From: Atopobiaceae bacterium
GTDB taxonomy: Bacteria; Actinomycetota; Coriobacteriia; Coriobacteriales; Atopobiaceae
Direction of reading: 5' to 3'
NCBI GenBank assembly: GCA_017513965.1
Contig: JAFWMI010000119.1
Coordinates: 8,922 to 72,921 of the forward strand
Length of the DNA: 64,000 nucleotides
Shown here: positions 45,466-53,505 of the stretch, piece after piece
Layout of the letters: each line of letters begins with the position of its first letter
How positions within the stretch are numbered: the first letter of the stretch is position 1
Notes under the pieces: generated by a model
The model's database searches: none
What the model was told of the DNA's origin: nothing
What the model saw: the letters and a program-made list of their open reading frames with translations, nothing else
Translations under genes and position numbers: made by a program

Positions 45466-46140
45466 ATGAAGCTCCAACTCACCATCGACCACGGCAAGCG
45501 TCACGAAGTGTTGCATACCGTCGACGAACTCGCCAATCACGTGGATATTATTGAGATTGGTTATCCACAAATGATCACCTTTGGTCTTGAGCTCATAGAG
45601 GAGATTCGCGCCGCACACCCAGACCTCGTTATTTGCGTGGACGCAAAGGTGTTCCATGGCGGGACAGGCGTTACCACGCGTTGCTTTGACGCGGGGGCCA
45701 GCATAGTAACGGTACTCTCGGCAGCCCCCGATCCCGTTATAAGCAAGATGGTAGAGAAGGCAAAGAGCTATGGCGGTGAGATTATGTGCGACATGTCTGC
45801 GCCGGCACGCGCGGTCGCACAGCGTACTGCGGAGGTTGACGAGCTCGGCGTGGACTACGTGTCGGTGCACACGGGGTACCTGCCTGAGTACGATTACGAC
45901 CTTGAGGCGCACCGGCGTTGGTTCAGGCCACGCGTAAAGCCGCTCGATTTGGCAAAAGCCGCCAAGCGAAATCTGCGCCATGCAAAGCTCGCGGTTGGTA
46001 CGGGCATTACGGAAGGCAACATTCGCGAAGTCATGACGCTCGACCCCGATGTCATTATGGTGGGGCGCGCCATCTTCGACACAGACGACCACGTTATTGC
46101 AGCCGATCGCATGCGCCGCTATCTGCCGTTTGAGGGGTAA
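45466..46140 (+). CDS. OMP-decarboxylase-suprafamily protein, 3-hexulose-6-phosphate synthase / KGPDC-like (divergent)
   Basis: MKLQLTIDH, VDIIEIGYP, CVDAKVFHGG and VHTGY align by eye with HxlA/UlaD motifs. The third position of the DxKxxD motif is His. Confidence 0.6.
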   Translation: MKLQLTIDHGKRHEVLHTVDELANHVDIIEIGYPQMITFGLELIEEIRAAHPDLVICVDAKVFHGGTGVTTRCFDAGASIVTVLSAAPDPVISKMVEKAKSYGGEIMCDMSAPARAVAQRTAEVDELGVDYVSVHTGYLPEYDYDLEAHRRWFRPRVKPLDLAKAAKRNLRHAKLAVGTGITEGNIREVMTLDPDVIMVGRAIFDTDDHVIAADRMRRYLPFEG

Positions 46141-46193
46141 CGCATCAAGCGCCCGTTCGCATCCAACCAAAGAGGGACAGTCCCCAAATGGCT

Positions 46194-46222
46194 AACCAAA
46201 GAGGGACTGTCCCTCTTTGGTT
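46194..46222. terminator. Perfect 14-bp stem-loop of the GGGAC-N-GTCCC family
   Basis: The sequence is aaccaaagagggac t gtccctctttggtt. A partial direct copy (aaccaaagagggacagtcccc) lies at 46165-46185. Confidence 0.45.
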
Positions 46223-46239
46223 AAGCCCCGTTCGAATCG

Positions 46240-46281
46240 GGACCAAAAAGCGAGCAGGCCAGACGTTTTTTCCGTCTGGCC
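46240..46281 (-). terminator. Rho-independent terminator of tRNA-Gln
   Basis: On the minus strand the stem-loop ggccagacg gaaaaaa cgtctggcc is followed by tgctcgctttttgg. Confidence 0.7.
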
Positions 46282-46293
46282 TGCGAATACTCG

Positions 46294-46368
46294 TGGCTGG
46301 GGCACTAGGATTCGAACCTAGGTTGGCGGCACCAAAAACCGCAGTCCTAACCCCTGGACGATGCCCCA
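46294..46368 (-). tRNA. tRNA-Gln (anticodon UUG)
   Basis: A 75-nt cloverleaf was folded by hand. The acceptor stem is TGGGGCA/TGCCCCA, the D stem GTCC/GGAC, and the anticodon stem GCGGT/GCCGC with loop TTTTGGT (anticodon TTG). The T arm is CTAGG-TTCGAAT-CCTAG, the discriminator is G, and CCA is encoded. Confidence 0.9.
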
Positions 46369-46419
46369 GTGCAATCACTGCGCTGGTCTCCAGCCGTGAG
46401 CGAACCTATTTTAGCAGAT

Positions 46420-47337
46420 TTACGAGTCGAATGCAGCGCATATGGCATCAAGCAACATTACCGCATATGTTTGCGCATCGCTTACGGTAAACGTCCCGTT
46501 GTAGTTTGGACCACCCAACGAGAGTTCGATGCGAACCACGGGCACCTCGTCCTTGGACACCTCGCAAGCCGTGCGAATGCGCATGGCAAGCGAGCTGGAC
46601 TCGTCCACTACCACGTTTGGCAGATTCGAACCATCCGCAAGCGGCGTCGTCGCAAGCACCAATACGGCGCTGTCATCCGGACGTTTGCGATCAATCGACT
46701 CAATGATGTCCAGTCCGCTCCGTTCGTTCGTGGCAGAGGCGAGGTTCCAAATACGTCCAGCCACGTTACGCGAGATGGGGTCCTCGGCAGTTATCGAGAT
46801 GCTCACGTTCTCAAGCACGTTCGCCGCACGCGCAAAACCCATCGACCCCAACGGATGCGGACCCGACGCAGACTTGCCAGCCCACACATGGTGCAGTCGC
46901 TCAATGGCGTCGAAGGTGTCTGGGAACGCCATGCCATCGGGGAGCTCCCCCATGCTCTCTTGGAACTCCTTTACCGCGGCTTCGGTATATGGGCCATAGA
47001 GCCCGTCTTCCTCGCCCGCAGAAAAACCCAGGATGTTCAGACAATGCTGGAGCTGCCTCACGTCAGCGCCATGGAAGTTGGGAAGGCGCAAATACAGCGT
47101 CCTGTCCCCCATCTTGTAGGTCTCATCCACGAGGGCGACCCATGTGGCGGAGTCAACCTCTTCCCCAAGAGACAAGCCATGGTCAAGTCGAAAATGCGCT
47201 ACCGCCGTCGCGGTTGACAGCCCATACTCCTGACGCTCTCGCTCGGACTCGTCAATAGCATAGGATATCGAGCAAAGCCGTTCTTGTATGTCCTCGACCG
47301 CAGCCCCGGTCATCCCTCGCGTGATGGGTTCCATCAT
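46420..47337 (-). CDS. Protein with two peptidoglycan-binding (PG_binding_1-like) repeats and an unassigned C-terminal domain
   Basis: GAAVEDIQERL...TATAVAHFRLDHGL and GADVRQLQHCLNILGF...DGLYGPYTEAAVKEFQ are PG_binding_1-type repeats. No signal peptide is visible. Confidence 0.6.
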   Translation of the reverse strand: MMEPITRGMTGAAVEDIQERLCSISYAIDESERERQEYGLSTATAVAHFRLDHGLSLGEEVDSATWVALVDETYKMGDRTLYLRLPNFHGADVRQLQHCLNILGFSAGEEDGLYGPYTEAAVKEFQESMGELPDGMAFPDTFDAIERLHHVWAGKSASGPHPLGSMGFARAANVLENVSISITAEDPISRNVAGRIWNLASATNERSGLDIIESIDRKRPDDSAVLVLATTPLADGSNLPNVVVDESSSLAMRIRTACEVSKDEVPVVRIELSLGGPNYNGTFTVSDAQTYAVMLLDAICAAFDS

Positions 47338-47377
47338 CGTTCCTTATCCTCAAACCTGCCAATGCCTACACAACAGG

Positions 47378-48418
47378 CTAGTGTGTTCTATCAACAAAGA
47401 AGTCCGCCATAGAGCGTAGCATCACCTTGGCGTCTTCCGCCACAGCAACGTCGTCTAAGGCAGCTTTTGCTCGCTCCACGAGCGTTCGCGCATAGCGACG
47501 CGCATGCTCGATGGCGCCAGACTCTTGCGCAAGGGCAACGGCGCGATCCAGGCTACCCACATCGACCGCGTGCGCGCCAAGAATACGCACGAGCTCTTCT
47601 CGCTGTGCAACATCAAGATGTGCGAGTGCCCACGTCATCACCAGCGTACGCTTTCCCTCGGTTATGTCGGAACGGTAGTCCTTGCCCTGAGCATCAGAGT
47701 CCCCCACCAAATTGAGCAAGTCGTCTTGAATTTGGAAGGCCAGACCACAATCCAAACCAAAGGAACGAAGTCCCTCAATCTGCTCTTGCGAGCCACCGCC
47801 ACAAATGGCGCCAACCACCAATGGCGTCGCCGCGGAATAGTACGCCGTCTTACGACGGGCCATAGCCAAGTAGTCTTCGGGGGAGATGTCCCAGCGTTCG
47901 TCTCGTGCCCAGCCCAAATCCAGCGCCTGGCCCTCGAGCGTGAGACGCTCCATGCGAATGATTTCGTCCAAGAGCCGCAGCTTTGTTTGCGCATCGTATG
48001 TCTCATCATCCATAATGCATGAGGTTACTGCAACGAGCGCACTGTCCCCTGCGTTGATGGCGATGCCCACACCTTCGGAAAGATACATGCAGGGCTGCCC
48101 GCGCCGCATTTCGCTCTCATCTGCAATATCATCATGCATAAGCGCGGCTGCCTGAAAGAGCTCGATCGCAGCGGCTACCGAGTATGCCCTCCTTGAGGGA
48201 GCACCAACCGCCTCGGCGCCCAACAGGCAGAGCGCCGGGCGAACCCACTTGCCACCCGTCATCACAAACTGCTCTACGGGAACATAGAGGTACCTGTTCA
48301 GATCATCTACCACGGACTCGTTAAAGACCGGATTCGGCACGTGATCACGCAGGAATACGGCTACCACTGAGCGGTTGTTGACGAGGTACTGAACAAAGGC
48401 ATCGCTTGACGAACTCAC
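47378..48418 (-). CDS. Polyprenyl diphosphate synthase (trans-IPPS, GGPP/long-chain type)
   Basis: LMHDDIADESEMRRG is the first DDxxD motif. FQIQDDLLN is the second. GTG start. Confidence 0.85.
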   Translation of the reverse strand: MSSSSDAFVQYLVNNRSVVAVFLRDHVPNPVFNESVVDDLNRYLYVPVEQFVMTGGKWVRPALCLLGAEAVGAPSRRAYSVAAAIELFQAAALMHDDIADESEMRRGQPCMYLSEGVGIAINAGDSALVAVTSCIMDDETYDAQTKLRLLDEIIRMERLTLEGQALDLGWARDERWDISPEDYLAMARRKTAYYSAATPLVVGAICGGGSQEQIEGLRSFGLDCGLAFQIQDDLLNLVGDSDAQGKDYRSDITEGKRTLVMTWALAHLDVAQREELVRILGAHAVDVGSLDRAVALAQESGAIEHARRYARTLVERAKAALDDVAVAEDAKVMLRSMADFFVDRTH

Positions 48419-48424
48419 GTTGTG

Positions 48425-49480
48425 CTACTCCTCGTACCCATTGGGATTGTGGCTCTGCCAGTTCCAGCTGTCGCGACACATCTCCGCGATGCCGTACTTG
48501 GCCTCCCATCCCAGCTCCAAACGAGCCTTGGTGCAGTCCGCCCAGTTAGCCGTCACGTCACCCGCACGACGCGGCTCAACCACGTACGGCAGATCCTTGC
48601 CACAGGCCTCAGAGAAAGCCTTGATAATCTCCAGCACGCTTGTGCCGTTGCCCGTGCCCAAGTTGAATACCTCACAACCGCTGCGGCCAGCCATCCAGTC
48701 AAGGGCTGCCGCATGTCCCTCGGCGAGGTCCATTACGTGGATGTAGTCACGGACGCCGGTGCCGTCGGGCGTGTCGTAGTCGTTGCCAAACACATGCACG
48801 CAGTCACGCCTGCCCACAGCAACTTGCGCCACGTAGGGAAGCAGATTGTTGGGAATGCCCTTGGGGTCCTCTCCCATAAGACCGCTTGGATGAGCGCCAA
48901 TGGGGTTGAAGTAACGGAGGAGCACCACGTTCCACTCTGGGTCGGCGATGGTAAGCGAGCGCAGCATCTCTTCGATCATCCACTTGGTCCAACCGTACGG
49001 ATTGGTCGCAGGCTTCTTGGGGCTCTCCTCGGTAAGTGGCAACTCGTCCGGGTCGCCATAGACGGTTGCAGAGCTCGAGAAGATGATGGACTTGCAATCA
49101 TGGTTGCGCATCACGTCCACAAGCGCGAGCGTATTGCCAATGTTGTTGCTGTAGTACTCAATGGGCTTCTCTACGCTCTCGCCCACCGCCTTAAAGCCAG
49201 CAAAGTGAATAACAGCCTTGATGTCGAACTCGTCGAACACAGCAGTCAGGGCCTGCTTGTTCGCCACATCGGCACGTACGAAGGTAAGGCGTTCCGCGGC
49301 ATCCTCACCAACGATTTGATCTATACGGTCCAGCACCTTCTCATTCGCGTTTGAGAGGTCATCGACGATTACGACCTCGTAGCCACGCTGTAGCAGGCAC
49401 ACGACGGTGTGACTGCCTATGAATCCACAGCCACCCGTAACAAGGACGCACGTGTGCGATGCTTCTGCAATCTCGCTCAT
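48425..49480 (-). CDS. galE: UDP-glucose 4-epimerase
   Basis: The ATG at 49480 is preceded by GGAGG. VLVTGGCGFIGSH, SSSATVYG, YGWTKWMIE (YxxxK) and RYFNPIGAH are present. Confidence 0.9.
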   Translation of the reverse strand: MSEIAEASHTCVLVTGGCGFIGSHTVVCLLQRGYEVVIVDDLSNANEKVLDRIDQIVGEDAAERLTFVRADVANKQALTAVFDEFDIKAVIHFAGFKAVGESVEKPIEYYSNNIGNTLALVDVMRNHDCKSIIFSSSATVYGDPDELPLTEESPKKPATNPYGWTKWMIEEMLRSLTIADPEWNVVLLRYFNPIGAHPSGLMGEDPKGIPNNLLPYVAQVAVGRRDCVHVFGNDYDTPDGTGVRDYIHVMDLAEGHAAALDWMAGRSGCEVFNLGTGNGTSVLEIIKAFSEACGKDLPYVVEPRRAGDVTANWADCTKARLELGWEAKYGIAEMCRDSWNWQSHNPNGYEE

Positions 49481-49531
49481 GTATACCTCCGCAATGGGAC
49501 ATTTAATGGTGCACATTAGTATATCAAGCCG

Positions 49532-49840
49532 CTAGGCTTCCCACGCAAAGTGCGCCATGTCCACACGGCCATCTGGCAAAAACCCTATGCCTTCTGCTTC
49601 CAAAAGCCTACGCTGCTCGCCCTCACCCCCAAAGGCAAACCCGGGCGCAAGCGAACCGTCCTTAAATACCACGCGATGACAGGGAGTAATGATGGGCTCC
49701 GGATTCACGTGAAGCGCAAACCCCACAAACCGTGCATTGCGTGGTTTGCCCACTAAGCGCGCCACCTGTCCATAGCTGGCCACACGCCCCTTCGGAATCT
49801 GGCGCACCACATCATATACCGCCTCGTTAAATGCTCCCAT
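49532..49840 (-). CDS. MGMT-family DNA-binding/alkyltransferase domain protein
   Basis: VVRQIPKGRVASYGQVA...PCHRVV carries the PCHR active-site motif. It is a single domain of about 100 aa. Confidence 0.8.
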   Translation of the reverse strand: MGAFNEAVYDVVRQIPKGRVASYGQVARLVGKPRNARFVGFALHVNPEPIITPCHRVVFKDGSLAPGFAFGGEGEQRRLLEAEGIGFLPDGRVDMAHFAWEA

Positions 49841-49847
49841 GGCATTT

Positions 49848-50069
49848 CTATCCGTGCGTATACTTTGTGGCGGCGTGAAGCATGTTGACTTCGGCCAACT
49901 CGAGCACACCATCTATGTATGGTTTGTACATCGCGTCGATTCGAGGTGCTCCCATGCTGCATCCGCTACAGGCTTCGCAACTCGAGTCGTCACACCAGCT
50001 CAGCCCCTTGGCAACAATTTGCATACGCTCCTCGCGCGTAGTGTCCTTAATCAGCACGCTTCTACTCAT
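49848..50069 (-). CDS. Small Cys-rich hypothetical protein (73 aa)
   Basis: A strong GGAGGA lies 4 nt before the ATG. It carries the WCDDSSCEACSGC four-Cys cluster. Its stop is 8 nt from the MGMT start. No family recognised. Confidence 0.5.
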   Translation of the reverse strand: MSRSVLIKDTTREERMQIVAKGLSWCDDSSCEACSGCSMGAPRIDAMYKPYIDGVLELAEVNMLHAATKYTHG

Positions 50070-50266
50070 ATGTCCTCCATCGCAGACACAACGAGGCTTC
50101 GTCTCATAACCATAATGCTCATGCTACACGCATTGCCGTGCAACATGGAATCGGCGGCGCGCACAACACGGTGGCTTAAGCATCTCTCTTTGCTGCTATT
50201 GGTGCTGTACTATATTCCCAAACGACGTTCGCGTATGCTCGTAAAGACGAAAAGACATTTGCGGTC

Positions 50267-50986
50267 ATGATTGGAAATCTCTACATCTCGCTTGTGATGC
50301 CCTGTCGTAATGAGGAAGCTCATCTCGGCAATACGATCAAGTCGGTTCCCGACTTTTTCGACGAGATTGTCTTGGTGGAGAATCGGTCCACCGACGACAC
50401 CTACCGTGTTGCAAAGAGCCTTGAGAATCGCATGCCAAAGCTCCGCGTCCTCAAAGATGACCGCACGCATGGCGGAATTGGGTATGGGTACGCACATATA
50501 ACGGGAATAGGTGCAGCAACGGGAGACATAATCGTCTGCGCGGATTGTGATGGAACCTACCCCATAGAAGATGTACCAAGATTGCTCCGTTCGATGCTTG
50601 AGCAAGGCTGCGCCTTTGCAACATGTTCTCGTTATCCCGACTCCAGCATTACGCTTAAGCATCGCTTGGGAGTCACGACTCTCAACCTAGAGATTCTCGT
50701 TCTCTACGGATTGAAGCTATGCGACTCACTCTCTGGGATGTGGATCTTCCTCAAGGACGTGATTCCTCGTCTCAAGCTCACGGAGGGCGATTGGAATCTC
50801 TCGCCTCAAATAAAGATCAACGCCCACAAGCATTGTGGCGAGCTGTTTTGCGAGCTGCCCGTTCGACAGGCAAGGGGACGCCTTGGACAGACCAAGCAAT
50901 CATATTGGCGCACAGGCATTCGTCACGCCATGTGGATCGCGTGCAATCGCGTGCACGAGAGGCAAGGTCTCCTCCCCACGGATTAG
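50267..50986 (+). CDS. Glycosyltransferase family 2 (Dpm1/polyprenyl-phosphate GT-like)
   Basis: ISLVMPCRNEEAHL, VLVENRSTDDT and DCDGTYP (DxD region) are present. The RBS is weak, so the start is uncertain. Confidence 0.7.
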   Translation: MIGNLYISLVMPCRNEEAHLGNTIKSVPDFFDEIVLVENRSTDDTYRVAKSLENRMPKLRVLKDDRTHGGIGYGYAHITGIGAATGDIIVCADCDGTYPIEDVPRLLRSMLEQGCAFATCSRYPDSSITLKHRLGVTTLNLEILVLYGLKLCDSLSGMWIFLKDVIPRLKLTEGDWNLSPQIKINAHKHCGELFCELPVRQARGRLGQTKQSYWRTGIRHAMWIACNRVHERQGLLPTD

Positions 50987-51118
50987 GTTTGCCAAGTAGG
51001 TTTGCCAAAATGCATTGGTAAACTCATAGATACGCCCGTAGCCTGCGCCAACCCAAAGCCTGAGCTGGTAAGCTACTGTTTTAGTGCAGGAAAGACCACA
51101 GAATCGGAGACGTGCACC

Positions 51119-52099
51119 ATGGCAGCTCAAACCTCTCACACGCCACGACTTGCGATGCTCATAGACGCGGACAACATCTCCGCCAAGTACCTCACTACCA
51201 TTCTGGACGAGGTGCCAAAGCATGGCATCGCCACGTATCGTCGTATTTACGGAGACTTTACCGATCCGCAAGCTGCCAGTTGGCGCGCCAAGCTGCTCGA
51301 CAACTCCATATTGCCTGTGCAGCAGTTCTCCAACGTAAAGAGTCACAAGCCCGGGGAACAGGCAGGCAAGAACGCAACGGACTCCACGCTCATCATCGAT
51401 GCGATGGACATCCTCTATGCCGGCAAGGTCGACGGCTTCATTATCGTGAGTTCCGACAGTGACTTTACTCGACTCGCTCAGCGACTGCGCGAAAGCAACA
51501 TGCTCGTAGTAGGCATGGGTCGCAACCAAACGAGCCAGTCCTTTCGTAACGCCTGCACGACGTTCGTAAACATCGAGAGCCTCAGCAAGAAAGACAGCAC
51601 GGGAACCCCCGCAGACACGACCGAAGGAAGCGATGGGGGCGCTGCCACCACCGTTTCCCTCTCGGATGTAGAGCACGTTATTGCAGGAATCATTCGCAAC
51701 AACGACAGCAAGGGCGAGGAGACGCAGCTTGCCCAGGTGGGTGCGGGGCTCCGCAACCGATTCCCCGACTTCGACGTACGCAACTTTGGTTACACGCAGC
51801 TATCCAAGATGATCAGCGACATGCGCCGGTTCGAACTTGTAAAGAACGGCACCATCTACCGCGTGTCGCTTGCCGATACGCGTGACATAAGCATGCGCGT
51901 TGGTGCGTTCATGCGCGAGCGACTGAGGAAGGAGAAAGGTCATACCATGCACCTCTCTGCCCTCGCCCAAGAAGTCTATGACACGTTCCCCAAATTTACG
52001 TTACAGGACATTGGCTACTCGCAGTTTGGAAGGTTCGCGGACTCCGTTCCGGGCATAAAGGTGATGAACGACCGGCAGCAAGTGACACTTATGCAATAG
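51119..52099 (+). CDS. NYN (LabA-like) ribonuclease domain protein with two C-terminal OST-HTH/LOTUS-like domains
   Basis: The ATG at 51119 is preceded by GGAGA. LAMLIDADNIS, KNATDSTLIIDAMD and IIVSSDSDFTRLAQRLRE are NYN motifs. The C-terminal LAQVGAGLRNRFPDFDVRNFGYTQLSKMI and LSALAQEVYDTFPKFTLQDIGYSQFGRFA are OST-HTH-like. Confidence 0.75.
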   Translation: MAAQTSHTPRLAMLIDADNISAKYLTTILDEVPKHGIATYRRIYGDFTDPQAASWRAKLLDNSILPVQQFSNVKSHKPGEQAGKNATDSTLIIDAMDILYAGKVDGFIIVSSDSDFTRLAQRLRESNMLVVGMGRNQTSQSFRNACTTFVNIESLSKKDSTGTPADTTEGSDGGAATTVSLSDVEHVIAGIIRNNDSKGEETQLAQVGAGLRNRFPDFDVRNFGYTQLSKMISDMRRFELVKNGTIYRVSLADTRDISMRVGAFMRERLRKEKGHTMHLSALAQEVYDTFPKFTLQDIGYSQFGRFADSVPGIKVMNDRQQVTLMQ

Positions 52100-52142
52100 A
52101 CAGCGGCATCTTTCCGCTCGCGTCGCAACAAAAGGATGTGTT

Positions 52143-52760
52143 ATGAAATCACCTTTACGCTACCAGGCCACCGATGCAGATTGCGGAAAAACGTCGCTTG
52201 TTAATGCGCTCATGTATCTCTTTGACCGTGAGGAGATCCCGCCCCAAGCCATCGACTTTATTACACGCGTCACCGGAGATTGCAACCTGGGGATCAACGA
52301 CTATTACCGTGGAACCTCCGCCAATGCCCTTTCCTATGTTGGCGTATGGTGCAACGACTATTTGGTCCATGCGGGAATGCCCGTTCGCTGCAAAGCGCTA
52401 AGGGACGACGAGGTGAGCTTTTCGCCAGACTCCCCGCTCGTCTTAGGCCTGCACAGCGGAGCGGTCGCGGTTTGCGGCTGTTTAGTTGGCGTGGACCATT
52501 ATGTGCTCATAACCGGCTATGAAGAGGGTCAGGTTCGCATGTTCGACCCCTATTACGAGTCGTATCCGCCTGAGCACTACACACTAACCCCTACGGGGGT
52601 GATGTGGGTGGACGACCAGCCCTTCTCGCATAATCGCCTGGTGGATGCCGTGGTTTTGGATAACCCAAACGCACCGTCCTACAGCCTGTACGCGAAGTCC
52701 GGCCGAGACGCATTGCTCATATGGCGAACAAGCGACGAGCCCTTCTCGTGGCATGCGTAA
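52143..52760 (+). CDS. Papain-fold / peptidase C39-like cysteine peptidase domain protein
   Basis: YQATDADCGKTSLVNALMYL is a Q...C nucleophile motif. VDHYVLITGY is a His motif. There is no signal peptide and no ABC transporter fusion. Confidence 0.55.
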   Translation: MKSPLRYQATDADCGKTSLVNALMYLFDREEIPPQAIDFITRVTGDCNLGINDYYRGTSANALSYVGVWCNDYLVHAGMPVRCKALRDDEVSFSPDSPLVLGLHSGAVAVCGCLVGVDHYVLITGYEEGQVRMFDPYYESYPPEHYTLTPTGVMWVDDQPFSHNRLVDAVVLDNPNAPSYSLYAKSGRDALLIWRTSDEPFSWHA

Positions 52761-52789
52761 TTGCCAGTGGCCTTACGAAAACGCTCGTA

Positions 52790-52920
52790 GTGAGGCGGTT
52801 TCTTGAGAAAAGTTCTGTAGTGAGCCCTCACCGCGCGCTTTTTCTTAAGAATTCACCTCACCGCAAGGGTTTTCTTAAGGCGGGACGCGCCGAGGCCCTC
52901 ACCGCAAAGGTTTTCTTAAG
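52790..52920. repeat. Degenerate direct-repeat array (3-4 units) between convergent genes
   Basis: The unit CCTCACCGC-N5-7-TTTTCTTAAG starts at 52826, 52856 and 52897 (CCTCACCGC start to end of TTCTTAAG: 52826-52849, 52856-52879, 52897-52920). A related GTAGTGAGGCGGTTTCTTGAG is at about 52788-52808. Unit spacings are about 40, 30 and 41 bp. Confidence 0.8.
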
Positions 52921-52931
52921 GCAATGCAAGC

Positions 52932-53474
52932 CTACCCCAGGTGCTCCTCGACCACGTCCGCCGCATGCGCACATGTAACGGCAAAATCATCCGCAAAGGT
53001 GCCTTTGAGCTTTCGCAAGGCCCAATCGGCAACGCTCATCTTTCCCGGCGGCCTACCAATGCCCACGCGCACACGGGCAAAATCGGCAGTGCCGAGCTTT
53101 GCCTTGATGGACCTCAGGCCATTGTGTGCATTGAGGCCGCCACCAAACTTGTAACGCACTTCTCCAGCTGGCAAGTCAACCTCGTCATGCACCACGAGCA
53201 CTGCCTCCGGCTGTACACGCAGCTCACGCATAAGTTTGGAAAGCGGCCCACCCGACGTGTTCATGTACCCTTGCGGCTTGGCAAGAAAGACGTCTTGCCC
53301 GTCCACGCGCACGGTGGTGGTAAGACACCCCGCCTGACTCTTCCAATACCGCGCACCATAACGCTCTGCAAGCACATCAACCGTGCAGAAGCCGGCATTA
53401 TGCCGGGTGAGCGCATATTGCTCACCCGGATTGCCCAAACCACACACTATGCGAATGGAGCCCTTGTCAGGCAT
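52932..53474 (-). CDS. pth: Peptidyl-tRNA hydrolase
   Basis: IVCGLGNPGEQYALTRHNAGF, HDEVDLPAG and GGLNAHNGLRSI are present. Confidence 0.95.
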   Translation of the reverse strand: MPDKGSIRIVCGLGNPGEQYALTRHNAGFCTVDVLAERYGARYWKSQAGCLTTTVRVDGQDVFLAKPQGYMNTSGGPLSKLMRELRVQPEAVLVVHDEVDLPAGEVRYKFGGGLNAHNGLRSIKAKLGTADFARVRVGIGRPPGKMSVADWALRKLKGTFADDFAVTCAHAADVVEEHLG

Positions 53475-53505
53475 GGCGCCCTCCCAAGTTCACCCTACGA
53501 GATTC

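Noticed and set aside
46226-46243. tRNA-like T-arm motif ccccgttcgaatcggg, and a similar cccgttcgcatcc at about 46151-46163, near tRNA-Gln as a possible att remnant or tRNA fragment
   Set aside because: No cloverleaf can be built. Similarity to the tRNA-Gln 3' end is limited to the TTCGAA core. There is no integrase or other mobile gene nearby.
48422-49354. 310-aa plus-strand ORF antisense to galE
   Set aside because: It is a shadow ORF. galE on the minus strand is unambiguous.
52790-52920. Repeat array considered as a CRISPR
   Set aside because: The units are about 24 bp, degenerate, with only 6-17 bp between them. There are only 3-4 copies and no cas genes in the window.
52721-52978. 85-aa plus-strand ORF across the repeat array
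   Set aside because: It is an artefact of the repeats (a reiterated PHR..FLK translation). It overlaps the ends of two well-supported genes.
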